A DNA stretch of 64,000 nt from a virus (IMGVR_UViG_3300014208_000036:24794-88793); one strand, 5' to 3'. Shown: positions 1-7,535, numbered from the stretch's first letter. The notes: a model not told the origin generated them from the sequence alone. Translations and numbers: made by a program.

Positions 1-33
1 GGGCCTGTAGGCGTTGATGGTGCAAAGCAGGTC

Positions 34-699
34 ATGGCGAAGTTTCCAAAAGGAATGGCGAAACTTGGTATTAAACCTGAAATGATCAAGGGTTTGAAAC
101 CGCTTGGTACGGGTACACGTGGAACAGCCTTTCAACTTCCGGACGGAAATGTCCTGAAGATCACGAATGATCAAAGTGAAGCTGAAGCTGCTTCAATGAT
201 CGTTGGAACTGAGGCAAAGAATCTCGTGAAGATCCACAACGTTTGGCAGTTTGGTGATACGGGTTTCTTCGGCGTCCTGCAGGAAAAACTTGAATCATTG
301 CCTGACGATGAAGCCAAAAAATTCAATAATGCATTGATCGCAACTGGTCTTCCAATCTGGATTGCAAAATCAGGCGGTGAATGGTCGAATGCGAAGGAAC
401 TCACGAAGGAACACGTCAAAGGACAAATCAAGAAGAAATTTGGTGGAAACTTCACATCGGACGAAGCGAAAGCATACGTTCAAGACGTCAACCAAAAATG
501 GAACATGCTCGTTTCAGAGTATGGTTTGCGTGATCTCTTCAATACCCTCACAAAATTGGGGATCAATTTCCATGATTACCATGCAGGAAATATCATGCGT
601 AGATCGGATGGAACGCTCGTGTTAATCGATCTCGGCATGTCAAAAATCAAAGGCTCACCAAAGGTTGGAATGATGAATCAAGCGGTGAACAATGCTTGA
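34..699 (+). CDS. Protein kinase-like (APH/RIO-type fold) protein, 5' end probably outside the window
   Basis: G-rich loop LGTGTRG, VLKIT lysine, catalytic loop FHDYHAGN, LIDLG motif; frame is open from nt 1. Confidence 0.75.
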   Translation: MAKFPKGMAKLGIKPEMIKGLKPLGTGTRGTAFQLPDGNVLKITNDQSEAEAASMIVGTEAKNLVKIHNVWQFGDTGFFGVLQEKLESLPDDEAKKFNNALIATGLPIWIAKSGGEWSNAKELTKEHVKGQIKKKFGGNFTSDEAKAYVQDVNQKWNMLVSEYGLRDLFNTLTKLGINFHDYHAGNIMRRSDGTLVLIDLGMSKIKGSPKVGMMNQAVNNA

Positions 700-706
700 T
701 GGGTAG

Positions 707-714
707 GGTATAGT
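707..714 (+). promoter_or_regulatory. Extended -10-like element GGTATAGT upstream of first tRNA cluster
   Basis: Matches the recurring GGTATA motif; 19 nt upstream of tRNA-Ala. Confidence 0.45.
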
Positions 715-733
715 GTAGATTGAAACGTTAATT

Positions 734-806
734 GGGGCTGTAACTCAATTGGAAGAGTGCTAGCTTTGCAAGCTGGAAGTTAAGGGTTCGAGTCCCTTCA
801 GCTCCA
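734..806 (+). tRNA. tRNA-Ala(UGC)
   Basis: GGGGCTG acceptor, CTAGC-TTTGCAA-GCTGG anticodon arm, TTCGAGT T-loop. Confidence 0.95.
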
Positions 807-875
807 CTGGATTTCCACCATTATGTAAGGCGCCGACGTCACAGTGACGTGACAGCAGGAGAGACTGCGACAATT

Positions 876-948
876 GCTTCCATGTGCATCTGGGTATGCA
901 GCGCCGCTGTCTACGGCGTGAGGCTCGGTTCGATTCCGGCTGGGAGCG
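876..948 (+). tRNA. tRNA-Asp(GUC), atypical T-stem bulge
   Basis: GCTTCCA/TGGGAGC acceptor, CGCCG-CTGTCTA-CGGCG anticodon arm, TTCGATT. Confidence 0.8.
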
Positions 949-951
949 CAA

Positions 952-1132
952 GGAGAAAGCCCTGGGTTCAATCCCCAGTAGACAAAAAATCCTCAGGAGA
1001 CTGAAATAGCAGTGATACTACTGACCTTCTACGAACACATGCGATGGCCAAAGCAGATGTTCATTAGAAGAACGAGAGCGCTCTCGTAGGTAAGTCACCC
1101 GGGTGTTTATGGTGTAATGGAAGCACATCTCC
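952..1132 (+). ncRNA. Circularly permuted tRNA-like domain (3' half 952-985 precedes 5' half 1103-1132)
   Basis: GGAGA/TCTCC anticodon stem, CTGGG-TTCAATC-CCCAG T-arm, TAGACA/TGTTTA acceptor, GTGT-AATGGAA-GCAC D-arm. Confidence 0.7.
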
Positions 1133-1137
1133 CCATT

Positions 1138-1209
1138 GGATGCGTGGACCACAGGAGGTCACCTGATTGTCTATCAGGCTTTACGCGGGTTCGAATCCCG
1201 TCGCGTCCG
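1138..1209 (+). tRNA. tRNA-Asp(GUC)
   Basis: GGATGCG/CGCGTCC acceptor, CCTGA-TTGTCTA-TCAGG anticodon arm. Confidence 0.9.
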
Positions 1210-1308
1210 CGTCGACCAAGTACACGGTCCCCTACCGCTTAGCGGCGGTCCGTGCGCCTGCCAAGAATCGCCTGAGAAACGATTATTGGGGGCAAATGAG
1301 GGGCCAAT

Positions 1309-1380
1309 AGAAGCGTCATTCAGCGGCTAGGATGCGGGTTTCCAACTCCCGTCACGTCGGTTCGAGTCCGACCGCTTCTG
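1309..1380 (+). tRNA. tRNA-Trp(CCA), U31-U39 mismatch (Gly UCC register less likely)
   Basis: AGAAGCG/CGCTTCT acceptor, CGGGT-TTCCAAC-TCCCG, GTCGG-TTCGAGT-CCGAC. Confidence 0.75.
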
Positions 1381-1383
1381 CGA

Positions 1384-1587
1384 ATGTTTAAGATAAAATT
1401 CCACGATTTCCCAGGTGATATTCCAATTGATACGAAGATAGCTTTACTCGAAAAAAAGCAGACGCTGTCAACGAAAAAACAAGCGAAGACTTTCAGAAAA
1501 ATCGTCTTTTCAAGGACGAAGGCTGTCCTGAAGGAACGAGCTCGTAAGGAGATTTTGATCGAAATGCTTGATTTGGATCGAATCTAG
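1384..1587 (+). CDS. Hypothetical protein
   Basis: 67-aa ORF filling the gap between tRNAs. Confidence 0.6.
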   Translation: MFKIKFHDFPGDIPIDTKIALLEKKQTLSTKKQAKTFRKIVFSRTKAVLKERARKEILIEMLDLDRI

Positions 1588-1595
1588 TTGATAAC

Positions 1596-1666
1596 CGCGA
1601 GTCGGCGCGTCGACGCAATGTGTTCATGAACGTTGTGTGTAGGTTCAAATCCTACGCTCGCGACCA
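1596..1666 (+). tRNA. Aberrant tRNA-like gene (8-nt loop GTTCATGA, non-canonical D-arm, encoded CCA)
   Basis: CGCGAGT/GCTCGCG acceptor, GTAGG-TTCAAAT-CCTAC T-arm, ACCA end. Confidence 0.7.
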
Positions 1667-1668
1667 AC

Positions 1669-1741
1669 GGGGATGTAGTACAGAGGATTAGTGCGCCAGG
1701 TTCTGACCCTGGAAACGTGTGTTCGATTCCCACCATCCCTA
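1669..1741 (+). tRNA. tRNA-Gln(CUG)
   Basis: CCAGG-TTCTGAC-CCTGG anticodon arm; GGGGATG/CATCCCT acceptor; one T-stem mismatch. Confidence 0.85.
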
Positions 1742-1761
1742 CAAAGAACGTAGAATATCAT

Positions 1762-1836
1762 GCGCTGTTAGCACAGAGGTTGGTGCATTGGGCTTTGAAC
1801 CCGAGGACCTTCGTTCGAATCGAAGACGGCGTACCA
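1762..1836 (+). tRNA. tRNA-Gln(UUG)
   Basis: TTGGG-CTTTGAA-CCCGA anticodon arm; encoded CCA. Confidence 0.9.
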
Positions 1837-1994
1837 CAGCGAATTTAGCTGTGTATAGATGCTACACAGGTAGTATCATAAAATTGATGGAACAATTACT
1901 TCAAACTTCATTGAAGTGGTGATTTGTTGCATACGAACAGGTACGATCGACTGTTCGTTCAATGTTCCGATGCTCGATCGATAAAAAAGTGAAA

Positions 1995-2309
1995 ATGGCA
2001 AAGAATCGTTTTCGAGTTGATTCCAGTCGGTATGAATCCGTTGACGTTGTGCATCCTGAAATGCAGGATATTGATTCGCTCGCTATCCTAACGGATGATG
2101 AGCTCGGTGCTCGTGCACGAACGCTTGAAGGTGAACGAACTTCCATGCTTGTCGAGCAGGCACGTGAGGCGAATGTCATTCCTTGGGAGGTTGAAATTGC
2201 ATACGTGCGGCGAGAGCAGCAGATCAGGAAGCTTCGTCGTGATGCTCACGAGGCATACCTGGAAAGGTTGCAGACCCAACGTTCTGCGAAGAGCGGGAGA
2301 TCCAACTGA
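1995..2309 (+). CDS. Hypothetical protein
   Basis: ORF (track start 1962; ATG 1995 preferred) overlapping the sigma gene start. Confidence 0.7.
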   Translation: MAKNRFRVDSSRYESVDVVHPEMQDIDSLAILTDDELGARARTLEGERTSMLVEQAREANVIPWEVEIAYVRREQQIRKLRRDAHEAYLERLQTQRSAKSGRSN

Positions 2310-3181
2310 TGATCGATCGATCGTTAAAGGTCGATCGATCGAGGAAGGAAAGCTCGAAGCACGTTGCGATCGATACGTACCTAACTTCACTTCAAAAAAT
2401 TCCGCAACTCAAACATGCTGAACTCGTTTCATTGTTTGAAAAATACGTCGCAGGTCGTAAACAGATCGAGGATGATGTTTATGAACGAACGCCGGAGGCA
2501 GACCGCATCAGGAAAAAACTGATTGAGTCAAATCTTCGGCTCGTTGTTTCGATCGCAAAGCAATACAAGGTTGGAAATATCTCGCTTGAGGATTTGATTC
2601 AAGAGGGAAATATCGGCCTTATGAAGGCTATCGAACGATTCGATCATGAAAAAGGATTCAGATTTTCCACGTATGCAACGTGGTGGATCAAGCAATCGAT
2701 CGGACAATTTCTCCTGAAAAACAAGAGGATGATCAGGTTGCCTGCTCATGCGGCGACGATTCAAAGGAAATTGATTCAAGCAACAGAGGAATTCAAGGAG
2801 CAAACGGGAACGATTCCCACAAATGAAGAATTAACGGAGATCCTCGGCGCTTCAGAGGTCGTTGTTAACGCAACGATTCATTCGAACAAAAACATCGTAT
2901 CGTTGAACGATACGTGCGGGCGTTCTGATGGATCGGACGGAAATACCTACGAAAATAGGATCGTCGATGATCGACCTGGTGTTGATCCGTTTGATAACGT
3001 TCTCGAAAAGCAACTGATCGATGTGGTCAGTGAGGTTCTCAGCACGCTTTCGCCGAAGGAATCAGCAGTTCTCAGGTTGAGATTCGGGCTCGTCGATGAT
3101 TGTATCGATCAGGAATCGTATCCAATCACAGTCAATGAACTTGAAGCGCTGAAATCTGGCGAAGGCATGCAGGATCCATGA
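2309..3181 (+). CDS. Sigma70-family RNA polymerase sigma factor (regions 1.2-4.1; region 4.2 HTH absent)
   Basis: NLRLVVSIAKQY, DLIQEGNIGLMKAIERFD, GFRFSTYATWWIKQSI, RMIRLP, LSPKESAVLRLRFGL. Confidence 0.95.
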   Translation: MIDRSLKVDRSRKESSKHVAIDTYLTSLQKIPQLKHAELVSLFEKYVAGRKQIEDDVYERTPEADRIRKKLIESNLRLVVSIAKQYKVGNISLEDLIQEGNIGLMKAIERFDHEKGFRFSTYATWWIKQSIGQFLLKNKRMIRLPAHAATIQRKLIQATEEFKEQTGTIPTNEELTEILGASEVVVNATIHSNKNIVSLNDTCGRSDGSDGNTYENRIVDDRPGVDPFDNVLEKQLIDVVSEVLSTLSPKESAVLRLRFGLVDDCIDQESYPITVNELEALKSGEGMQDP

Positions 3182-3447
3182 TTACGATGTTTGGTTGTTT
3201 GATGACCTGCGCAATGATTGCGATGCAAATCGCATCGCTTTTGTTGATTGTTTACATTGCAACAAAAGCTCACGAACTTTGCACGGAAAAGAAAGCGGCT
3301 TCAACACCTGAACCTTCAAAACGATCGGGTGTTGAAGCCGTTAAAGGCCTCGCAACGAGGCTTGATGAATTGCACACAACAAGGTTAGCACCGAAGGTTA
3401 GGAACGTTTGGAATGTCGAAGAAAAGAACAACGATCGCGACGAGTGA
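3178..3447 (+). CDS. Small membrane protein
   Basis: N-terminal hydrophobic helix; ATGA overlap with sigma gene. Confidence 0.6.
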   Translation: MITMFGCLMTCAMIAMQIASLLLIVYIATKAHELCTEKKAASTPEPSKRSGVEAVKGLATRLDELHTTRLAPKVRNVWNVEEKNNDRDE

Positions 3448-3601
3448 TCATAGACCTATTTTCGTGTATGATCGAACAACGCAAATGACAAAACCGTTGT
3501 TCATTGTCTACGATGTCAACCTCGTTGGATTGATCATCGATCGGTGCTTTTCAAGCATCGCAGAACAACTCCACGTATCAACGTTCAAACTCCATCCCTA
3601 G
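3413..3601 (+). CDS. Hypothetical small protein
   Basis: Short ORF filling a gap; start uncertain. Confidence 0.3.
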   Translation: MSKKRTTIATSDHRPIFVYDRTTQMTKPLFIVYDVNLVGLIIDRCFSSIAEQLHVSTFKLHP

Positions 3602-3652
3602 CACCGAGTGCGATGCAATGGCATTCAGTGAAACCAACAAATCAACAAGGAA

Positions 3653-3940
3653 ATGATGAGTAAAGAATACAGTACGGTCACCGCCGATGATGGCGTTAAT
3701 TACCGCGAAATTGCGGAAACGATGACATTGCTCGGATTTAAGATGAATCATTCGTCGGCACGCAATAACGTGATTCGAATCATGGAAAAATTTGTAAAAG
3801 CGATCATTGATGAAAAATTGATCGATGATCAGGAAAAAATTACCGCCATCGCTCGATCATCATCATTTCAATCAGCATTGTCCATTATGCTTCAAACGAT
3901 CGAAATGGGCCGACGCGATAAGCGAAAGTCGCATAGGTAG
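3653..3940 (+). CDS. HTH protein resembling sigma region 4.2
   Basis: NYREIAETMTLLGFKMNHSSARNNVIRIMEKF. Confidence 0.7.
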   Translation: MMSKEYSTVTADDGVNYREIAETMTLLGFKMNHSSARNNVIRIMEKFVKAIIDEKLIDDQEKITAIARSSSFQSALSIMLQTIEMGRRDKRKSHR

Positions 3941-3944
3941 AAAC

Positions 3945-4370
3945 ATGAAAATTAAGATGAAAAATCAACCAAGACTTCGACTTGCTGATTTGTTACGACG
4001 CAGAAAAATGTCATTGACACGATTTATGTCCGAATTTGGCATTACCACGTACGCGGAATTGGTCGATAAATCAACGCGTATCGGTGTTGTTGCTCCAGCA
4101 CAGCATGAATTTGATGCTTTAGGATTGGAGGTTGTGAACGATCCAATGAACGGTGTTATCGTTGTTGGTCCACAGGAATCGCCAGATGACGAGTGTCCTC
4201 CACCCGGCTGGCAACCGAGCGAGGAAGATCTTTCTCGAATGGAGAGCGCTCCCATGTACGATCCAGATGCACACATGGGTGGTGAACAGGAAGAAATTGC
4301 CGGCAAACAAATATTGAGCGAATTGAAGAAGAAATCTTCAAGAAAATCAAAGAAGGGTTCCGATGTCTGA
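3945..4370 (+). CDS. Hypothetical protein (possible N-terminal HTH, acidic middle, basic tail)
   Basis: ATG 3945 in the 3825..4370 frame. Confidence 0.7.
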   Translation: MKIKMKNQPRLRLADLLRRRKMSLTRFMSEFGITTYAELVDKSTRIGVVAPAQHEFDALGLEVVNDPMNGVIVVGPQESPDDECPPPGWQPSEEDLSRMESAPMYDPDAHMGGEQEEIAGKQILSELKKKSSRKSKKGSDV

Positions 4371-4671
4371 GGAACGATTTCCGCGATTGCGCATGATTGA
4401 TGTTGAACCCCGTCGACAAAAAAAGCAAAATGATGGAAGGCATCATCGAAATGATGAATTTTCGGACATTGTTTCCATCGTTAAAAACAGGTGTTCACAA
4501 GCGTACGAAAAAGGTAGAAAAGAGGGCGTCCTCGTCGCCGCGGATGTAATTGAGATCATTGTGAATAGACTCCGTGAAGTTCAAGTTGGTAAATCATTGA
4601 CAGTTGAGGAAGTTATTTCCGACGCCGAGTCATCGATTCATGAACTACGTAACACGATCAAACGTACGTAA
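4363..4671 (+). CDS. Hypothetical protein
   Basis: Operonic overlap with neighbours. Confidence 0.65.
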   Translation: MSEERFPRLRMIDVEPRRQKKQNDGRHHRNDEFSDIVSIVKNRCSQAYEKGRKEGVLVAADVIEIIVNRLREVQVGKSLTVEEVISDAESSIHELRNTIKRT

Positions 4672-4682
4672 TACGTATTTGG

Positions 4683-5066
4683 GTGATGATCGTCATCCCA
4701 AAATTTGATGCGTGGGTGAGGGATTCATTGAACATCGTTGACGATCCACTTCTCAAGGAATACATCGTAGGCGTTCTTCTTGACGTTGTAAATTCAAAAA
4801 TTTCCGTTGATGAGTCATTGACGTTAATGTTGATCGATGGAATCGATAAGCGTAATTTTTCGCTTCTACAACGGACAGGGGATGCAGCGTTGTGGAACAT
4901 GATCATGTTTCCTACGACCAACTTTGAGGTAGCGCGCAACGTTGGTAGAACCGCATACAAGAATTGTCACGTGATACTGAACGGTTCATTTAAGTTGTAC
5001 GAAGTATTATCCTGCGACCTGGTGGATATCACGAGAACGGTTCGACAAGCCATCGTAATACGCTAA
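4683..5066 (+). CDS. Hypothetical protein
   Basis: 127-aa ORF in operon. Confidence 0.65.
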   Translation: MMIVIPKFDAWVRDSLNIVDDPLLKEYIVGVLLDVVNSKISVDESLTLMLIDGIDKRNFSLLQRTGDAALWNMIMFPTTNFEVARNVGRTAYKNCHVILNGSFKLYEVLSCDLVDITRTVRQAIVIR

Positions 5067-5072
5067 GCGAGG

Positions 5073-5103
5073 TTGTGCAACGCGCAGCCAGCCATGGTAT
5101 AGT
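5073..5103 (+). promoter_or_regulatory. Phage promoter motif TTGTGCA-N16-GGTATAGT
   Basis: Recurs at 5372-5402, 11224-11254, 16913-16944, 20064-20095, 23011-23041. Confidence 0.6.
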
Positions 5104-5111
5104 TGTCGTAT

Positions 5112-5393
5112 ATGGCATACTACGGTTTTAAACCAAATCCGAAGCAGCTTGTGATCAACAAGGCAATGAGTGTTTTCGGGCGCGAAGCCAAGATCAAGGT
5201 TACGGGAGCGAGGCTAACGCCCATCGAGTGCAAGGTTTCGACCCTGCCCGATGATAGCTATCATGTTGAGTGCATCGTCGACGGACAGGTTGTTGGCCAG
5301 TCCAACTCCAGAAATTGGCGAAATGCATACAAGCAGCTTGCGGAAAAAATTGGTGCGTTGAAATCTCAAAATGTGCAAGGCCCTACGCTGTAG
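5112..5393 (+). CDS. Hypothetical protein, C-terminal half resembles a dsRBD-like fold
   Basis: YHVECIVDGQVVGQSNSRNWRNAYKQLA pattern; ATG 8 nt after -10 element. Confidence 0.55.
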   Translation: MAYYGFKPNPKQLVINKAMSVFGREAKIKVTGARLTPIECKVSTLPDDSYHVECIVDGQVVGQSNSRNWRNAYKQLAEKIGALKSQNVQGPTL

Positions 5394-5402
5394 TGGTATA
5401 AA
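5372..5402 (+). promoter_or_regulatory. Phage promoter motif TGTGCA-N17-GGTATAAA
   Basis: Upstream of MoxR ATPase gene. Confidence 0.6.
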
Positions 5403-5453
5403 GGGTCAAGTTACCAAGTAACGAAAAGAAAGTGAACGGAGAAAAGAACCAAA

Positions 5454-6578
5454 ATGTCCAGCATGACCATCAAGACCTTTGTCAATGTCGCCAAGCGACT
5501 TCCCGCCGACACGAGCATCCTGATCAGGGGCGCTCACGGTATCGGAAAGAGTCAGATCGTGAGGCAAATTGCGGAGCAACTCCGCAGTTTGATGAACCTC
5601 GCTGAGCTGCCAGTCATCGATCGACGACTCTCACAGATGAGTGAGGGTGATGTCGTCGGTCTTCCTTCGACGGACGGAAACGTCACCCGATTCAATCCTC
5701 CGGATTGGTACAAGAAGGCCTGTGTCGAGCCTTGCATCCTTTTTCTCGATGAGCTCAACAGGGCGACGCCCGAGGTGATGCAGGCAGCGTTCCAGATCGT
5801 TCTCGATCGCGAGCTGAATGGGCACAGGCTTCACCCGCAGACCAGGGTGTTCTCCGCTGTGAACGCTTCGGCTGCATACACCGTCAACGAAATCGATCCG
5901 GCACTGCTCGATCGTTTTTGGACGATCGATCTCGATCCAGATCGTGATGATTGGCTCGCATGGGCGCGTGAGAGCGGAATCGCCGATTGTATCATCGAGT
6001 TCCACAGCGTCAATTCGAACTGGCTCGACACGCCAAAGAACGTTGAATCGAACGTTGTTGCTCCCTCACGAAGGTCGTGGGAGCGTCTCAGCAAGGCATT
6101 GGTTGCTGAGGAACTGGCTGAAAAGCCCGATGATAACCTCTTTTATTCGATTTGCATCGGATATGTCGGCACGGAAGCGTCGATCGCATTCACGCAATTC
6201 TGCAAGACGATCGACAACCGTTTCTCCGGAAAGGATATCATCAACGACTACGATTCCGTCAGGAAGAAGGTCCTGCGTGGAAACAGCATCAGCATCATGA
6301 ATGCTGCATGCGATTACGTTGCTGAGTACCTTCTCACGCTCGACAAGGTTACTCCTGAGCAGGGAGAGAACCTCAGGAAGTTCTTCAACGATGTTCCCAA
6401 GGAGCTGCGGCTCAACACCTGGGGCAAGGTCGTGAAGCACGGTGTTCAGAAGCTTGACCTTGCGGCGAGCATCCACGAATACGTTGTCGATGCCCTGCTC
6501 GAGGTCTTCGGTACGAAGCGAGGAGCTGCGGGTGTCGGGATGGTCCCCATCATCCCCGACATCTTCAACAAGAAGTGA
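5454..6578 (+). CDS. MoxR-like AAA+ ATPase
   Basis: Walker A GAHGIGKS, Walker B ILFLDELNRA, DPALLDRF, PSRRSW. Confidence 0.92.
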   Translation: MSSMTIKTFVNVAKRLPADTSILIRGAHGIGKSQIVRQIAEQLRSLMNLAELPVIDRRLSQMSEGDVVGLPSTDGNVTRFNPPDWYKKACVEPCILFLDELNRATPEVMQAAFQIVLDRELNGHRLHPQTRVFSAVNASAAYTVNEIDPALLDRFWTIDLDPDRDDWLAWARESGIADCIIEFHSVNSNWLDTPKNVESNVVAPSRRSWERLSKALVAEELAEKPDDNLFYSICIGYVGTEASIAFTQFCKTIDNRFSGKDIINDYDSVRKKVLRGNSISIMNAACDYVAEYLLTLDKVTPEQGENLRKFFNDVPKELRLNTWGKVVKHGVQKLDLAASIHEYVVDALLEVFGTKRGAAGVGMVPIIPDIFNKK

Positions 6579-6583
6579 GTTTG

Positions 6584-6618
6584 AGGGCGACCACCTACTT
6601 ACGTAGGTGGTCGCCTTT
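6584..6618 (+). terminator. Intrinsic terminator after the ATPase gene
   Basis: GGCGACCACCTAC-TTAC-GTAGGTGGTCGCC 13-bp stem followed by TTT. Confidence 0.75.
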
Positions 6619-7089
6619 GATGAAATCATCTGGAAAAATAAATCGCTCGCCAGGCATCAAAAAAGATCAAAGTGTGGTAGGAGCGATGTTGGACGCCTCA
6701 AAAGGGAATTCGATGCGATCGATTCAATCGAAAAGGTTGTCGAGCATTGCAAATCACTGAACTTGAGAATCAAGTTCACCAACGAACCCGATGGTTCAAT
6801 TTACTTCGAGTCGAGCATCATCTCGATAAATTCAAGGTTGAACCCTATCAGACAATTGAACGTTATTCTCCATGAACTCGGTCATTTCAACGTTGAATCG
6901 AAAAATATCCTATGCGATCATCTATCGAACAGCATCGATTCGGTTCACAATGAACTGAATGCATGGGTTGAGGGCATGTCGATAGCACGGTCGTTGAAGA
7001 TCAACATTGATGCAACAGCGTATGAACGTGATCGTACCATGTACGTTAAAACGTACATGAAATCAGCGCTTCGAAGGAAAAAACCGTGA
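6607..7089 (+). CDS. HExxH metallopeptidase-like (ImmA/IrrE-type) protein; start uncertain
   Basis: VILHELGH and downstream NELNAW; track GTG start lies inside the terminator hairpin. Confidence 0.65.
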   Translation: MVAFDEIIWKNKSLARHQKRSKCGRSDVGRLKREFDAIDSIEKVVEHCKSLNLRIKFTNEPDGSIYFESSIISINSRLNPIRQLNVILHELGHFNVESKNILCDHLSNSIDSVHNELNAWVEGMSIARSLKINIDATAYERDRTMYVKTYMKSALRRKKP

Positions 7090-7535
7090 GCAAACATCCT
7101 CAACTTTTGTACGTCAACGGAGCATCGATGACACCTCCGGATGAGGTTACGATGGCTCTTGTGAAGATTTTGATGATCGAAGAAGGATTGATTCCAATCG
7201 ATTTTCAAACGCAGGCAATTCATTGTTTCAACTATTCGATCTTCTGCCAGAATCTTGGAAAGTCGTTGTCGGATCCAGCGAACAAGAAACGTCGACGGAA
7301 GTTCAGGAAATTGTGGCGGGCATGCATGAAGCATGATATCGAGATCATGCTACAAACCCGAGGAAAACCTGCGGTCGACAATCCAGAAATTTTTAGGACG
7401 ATCCGACATGATGTGGAGGTAAGGTACGGTCTTGGAAAGGCGTCAAGGAACGCCAATCACATTCGTTTCATCGCAGTCGTCTCTTTCCTACTTGAAAAAG
7501 CATTGAACGTAACCGGAAAAGGAGTCACCGAATGA
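7086..7535 (+). CDS. Hypothetical protein
   Basis: GTGA overlap with upstream ORF. Confidence 0.65.
   Translation: MSKHPQLLYVNGASMTPPDEVTMALVKILMIEEGLIPIDFQTQAIHCFNYSIFCQNLGKSLSDPANKKRRRKFRKLWRACMKHDIEIMLQTRGKPAVDNPEIFRTIRHDVEVRYGLGKASRNANHIRFIAVVSFLLEKALNVTGKGVTE

Larger units (their letters stand above)
807..1308 (+). ncRNA. Candidate large structured ncRNA region enclosing two tRNA-Asp genes and a permuted tRNA-like domain
   Basis: Spacers consist almost wholly of hairpins; possible long-range pairings 828-833/1254-1259 and 834-837/1211-1214. Confidence 0.4.

Noticed and set aside
990-1098. Group I intron core (R-like CTCAGGAGACT, P8-like palindrome, S-like AGGTAAGTC) or a natural permuted intron-exon
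   Set aside because: No P3-P6 region identifiable, and these elements lie between the inverted tRNA halves rather than outside them as a permuted intron-exon would require.
952-1137. Two-piece (permuted) tmRNA
   Set aside because: The 5' half has a true D-stem and is followed directly by tRNA-Asp, leaving no tag-coding region.
1849-1869. Palindrome CTGTGTA-TAGATGC-TACACAG as terminator of the first tRNA cluster
   Set aside because: No U-tract follows; it overlaps a possible promoter variant and cannot be assigned.
760-1922. Track ORFs overlapping tRNAs (760-951, 1136-1330, 1633-1848, 1719-1922) and similar ones at 18428-18830, 21112-21625, 23192-23712, 24658-25099
   Set aside because: Shadow ORFs across RNA genes with no protein motifs.
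5552-6629. Long antisense ORFs opposite the ATPase and other GC-richer genes (also 15254-16962, 29951-31060)
   Set aside because: Explained by codon bias of the sense genes; no motifs or expression signals.
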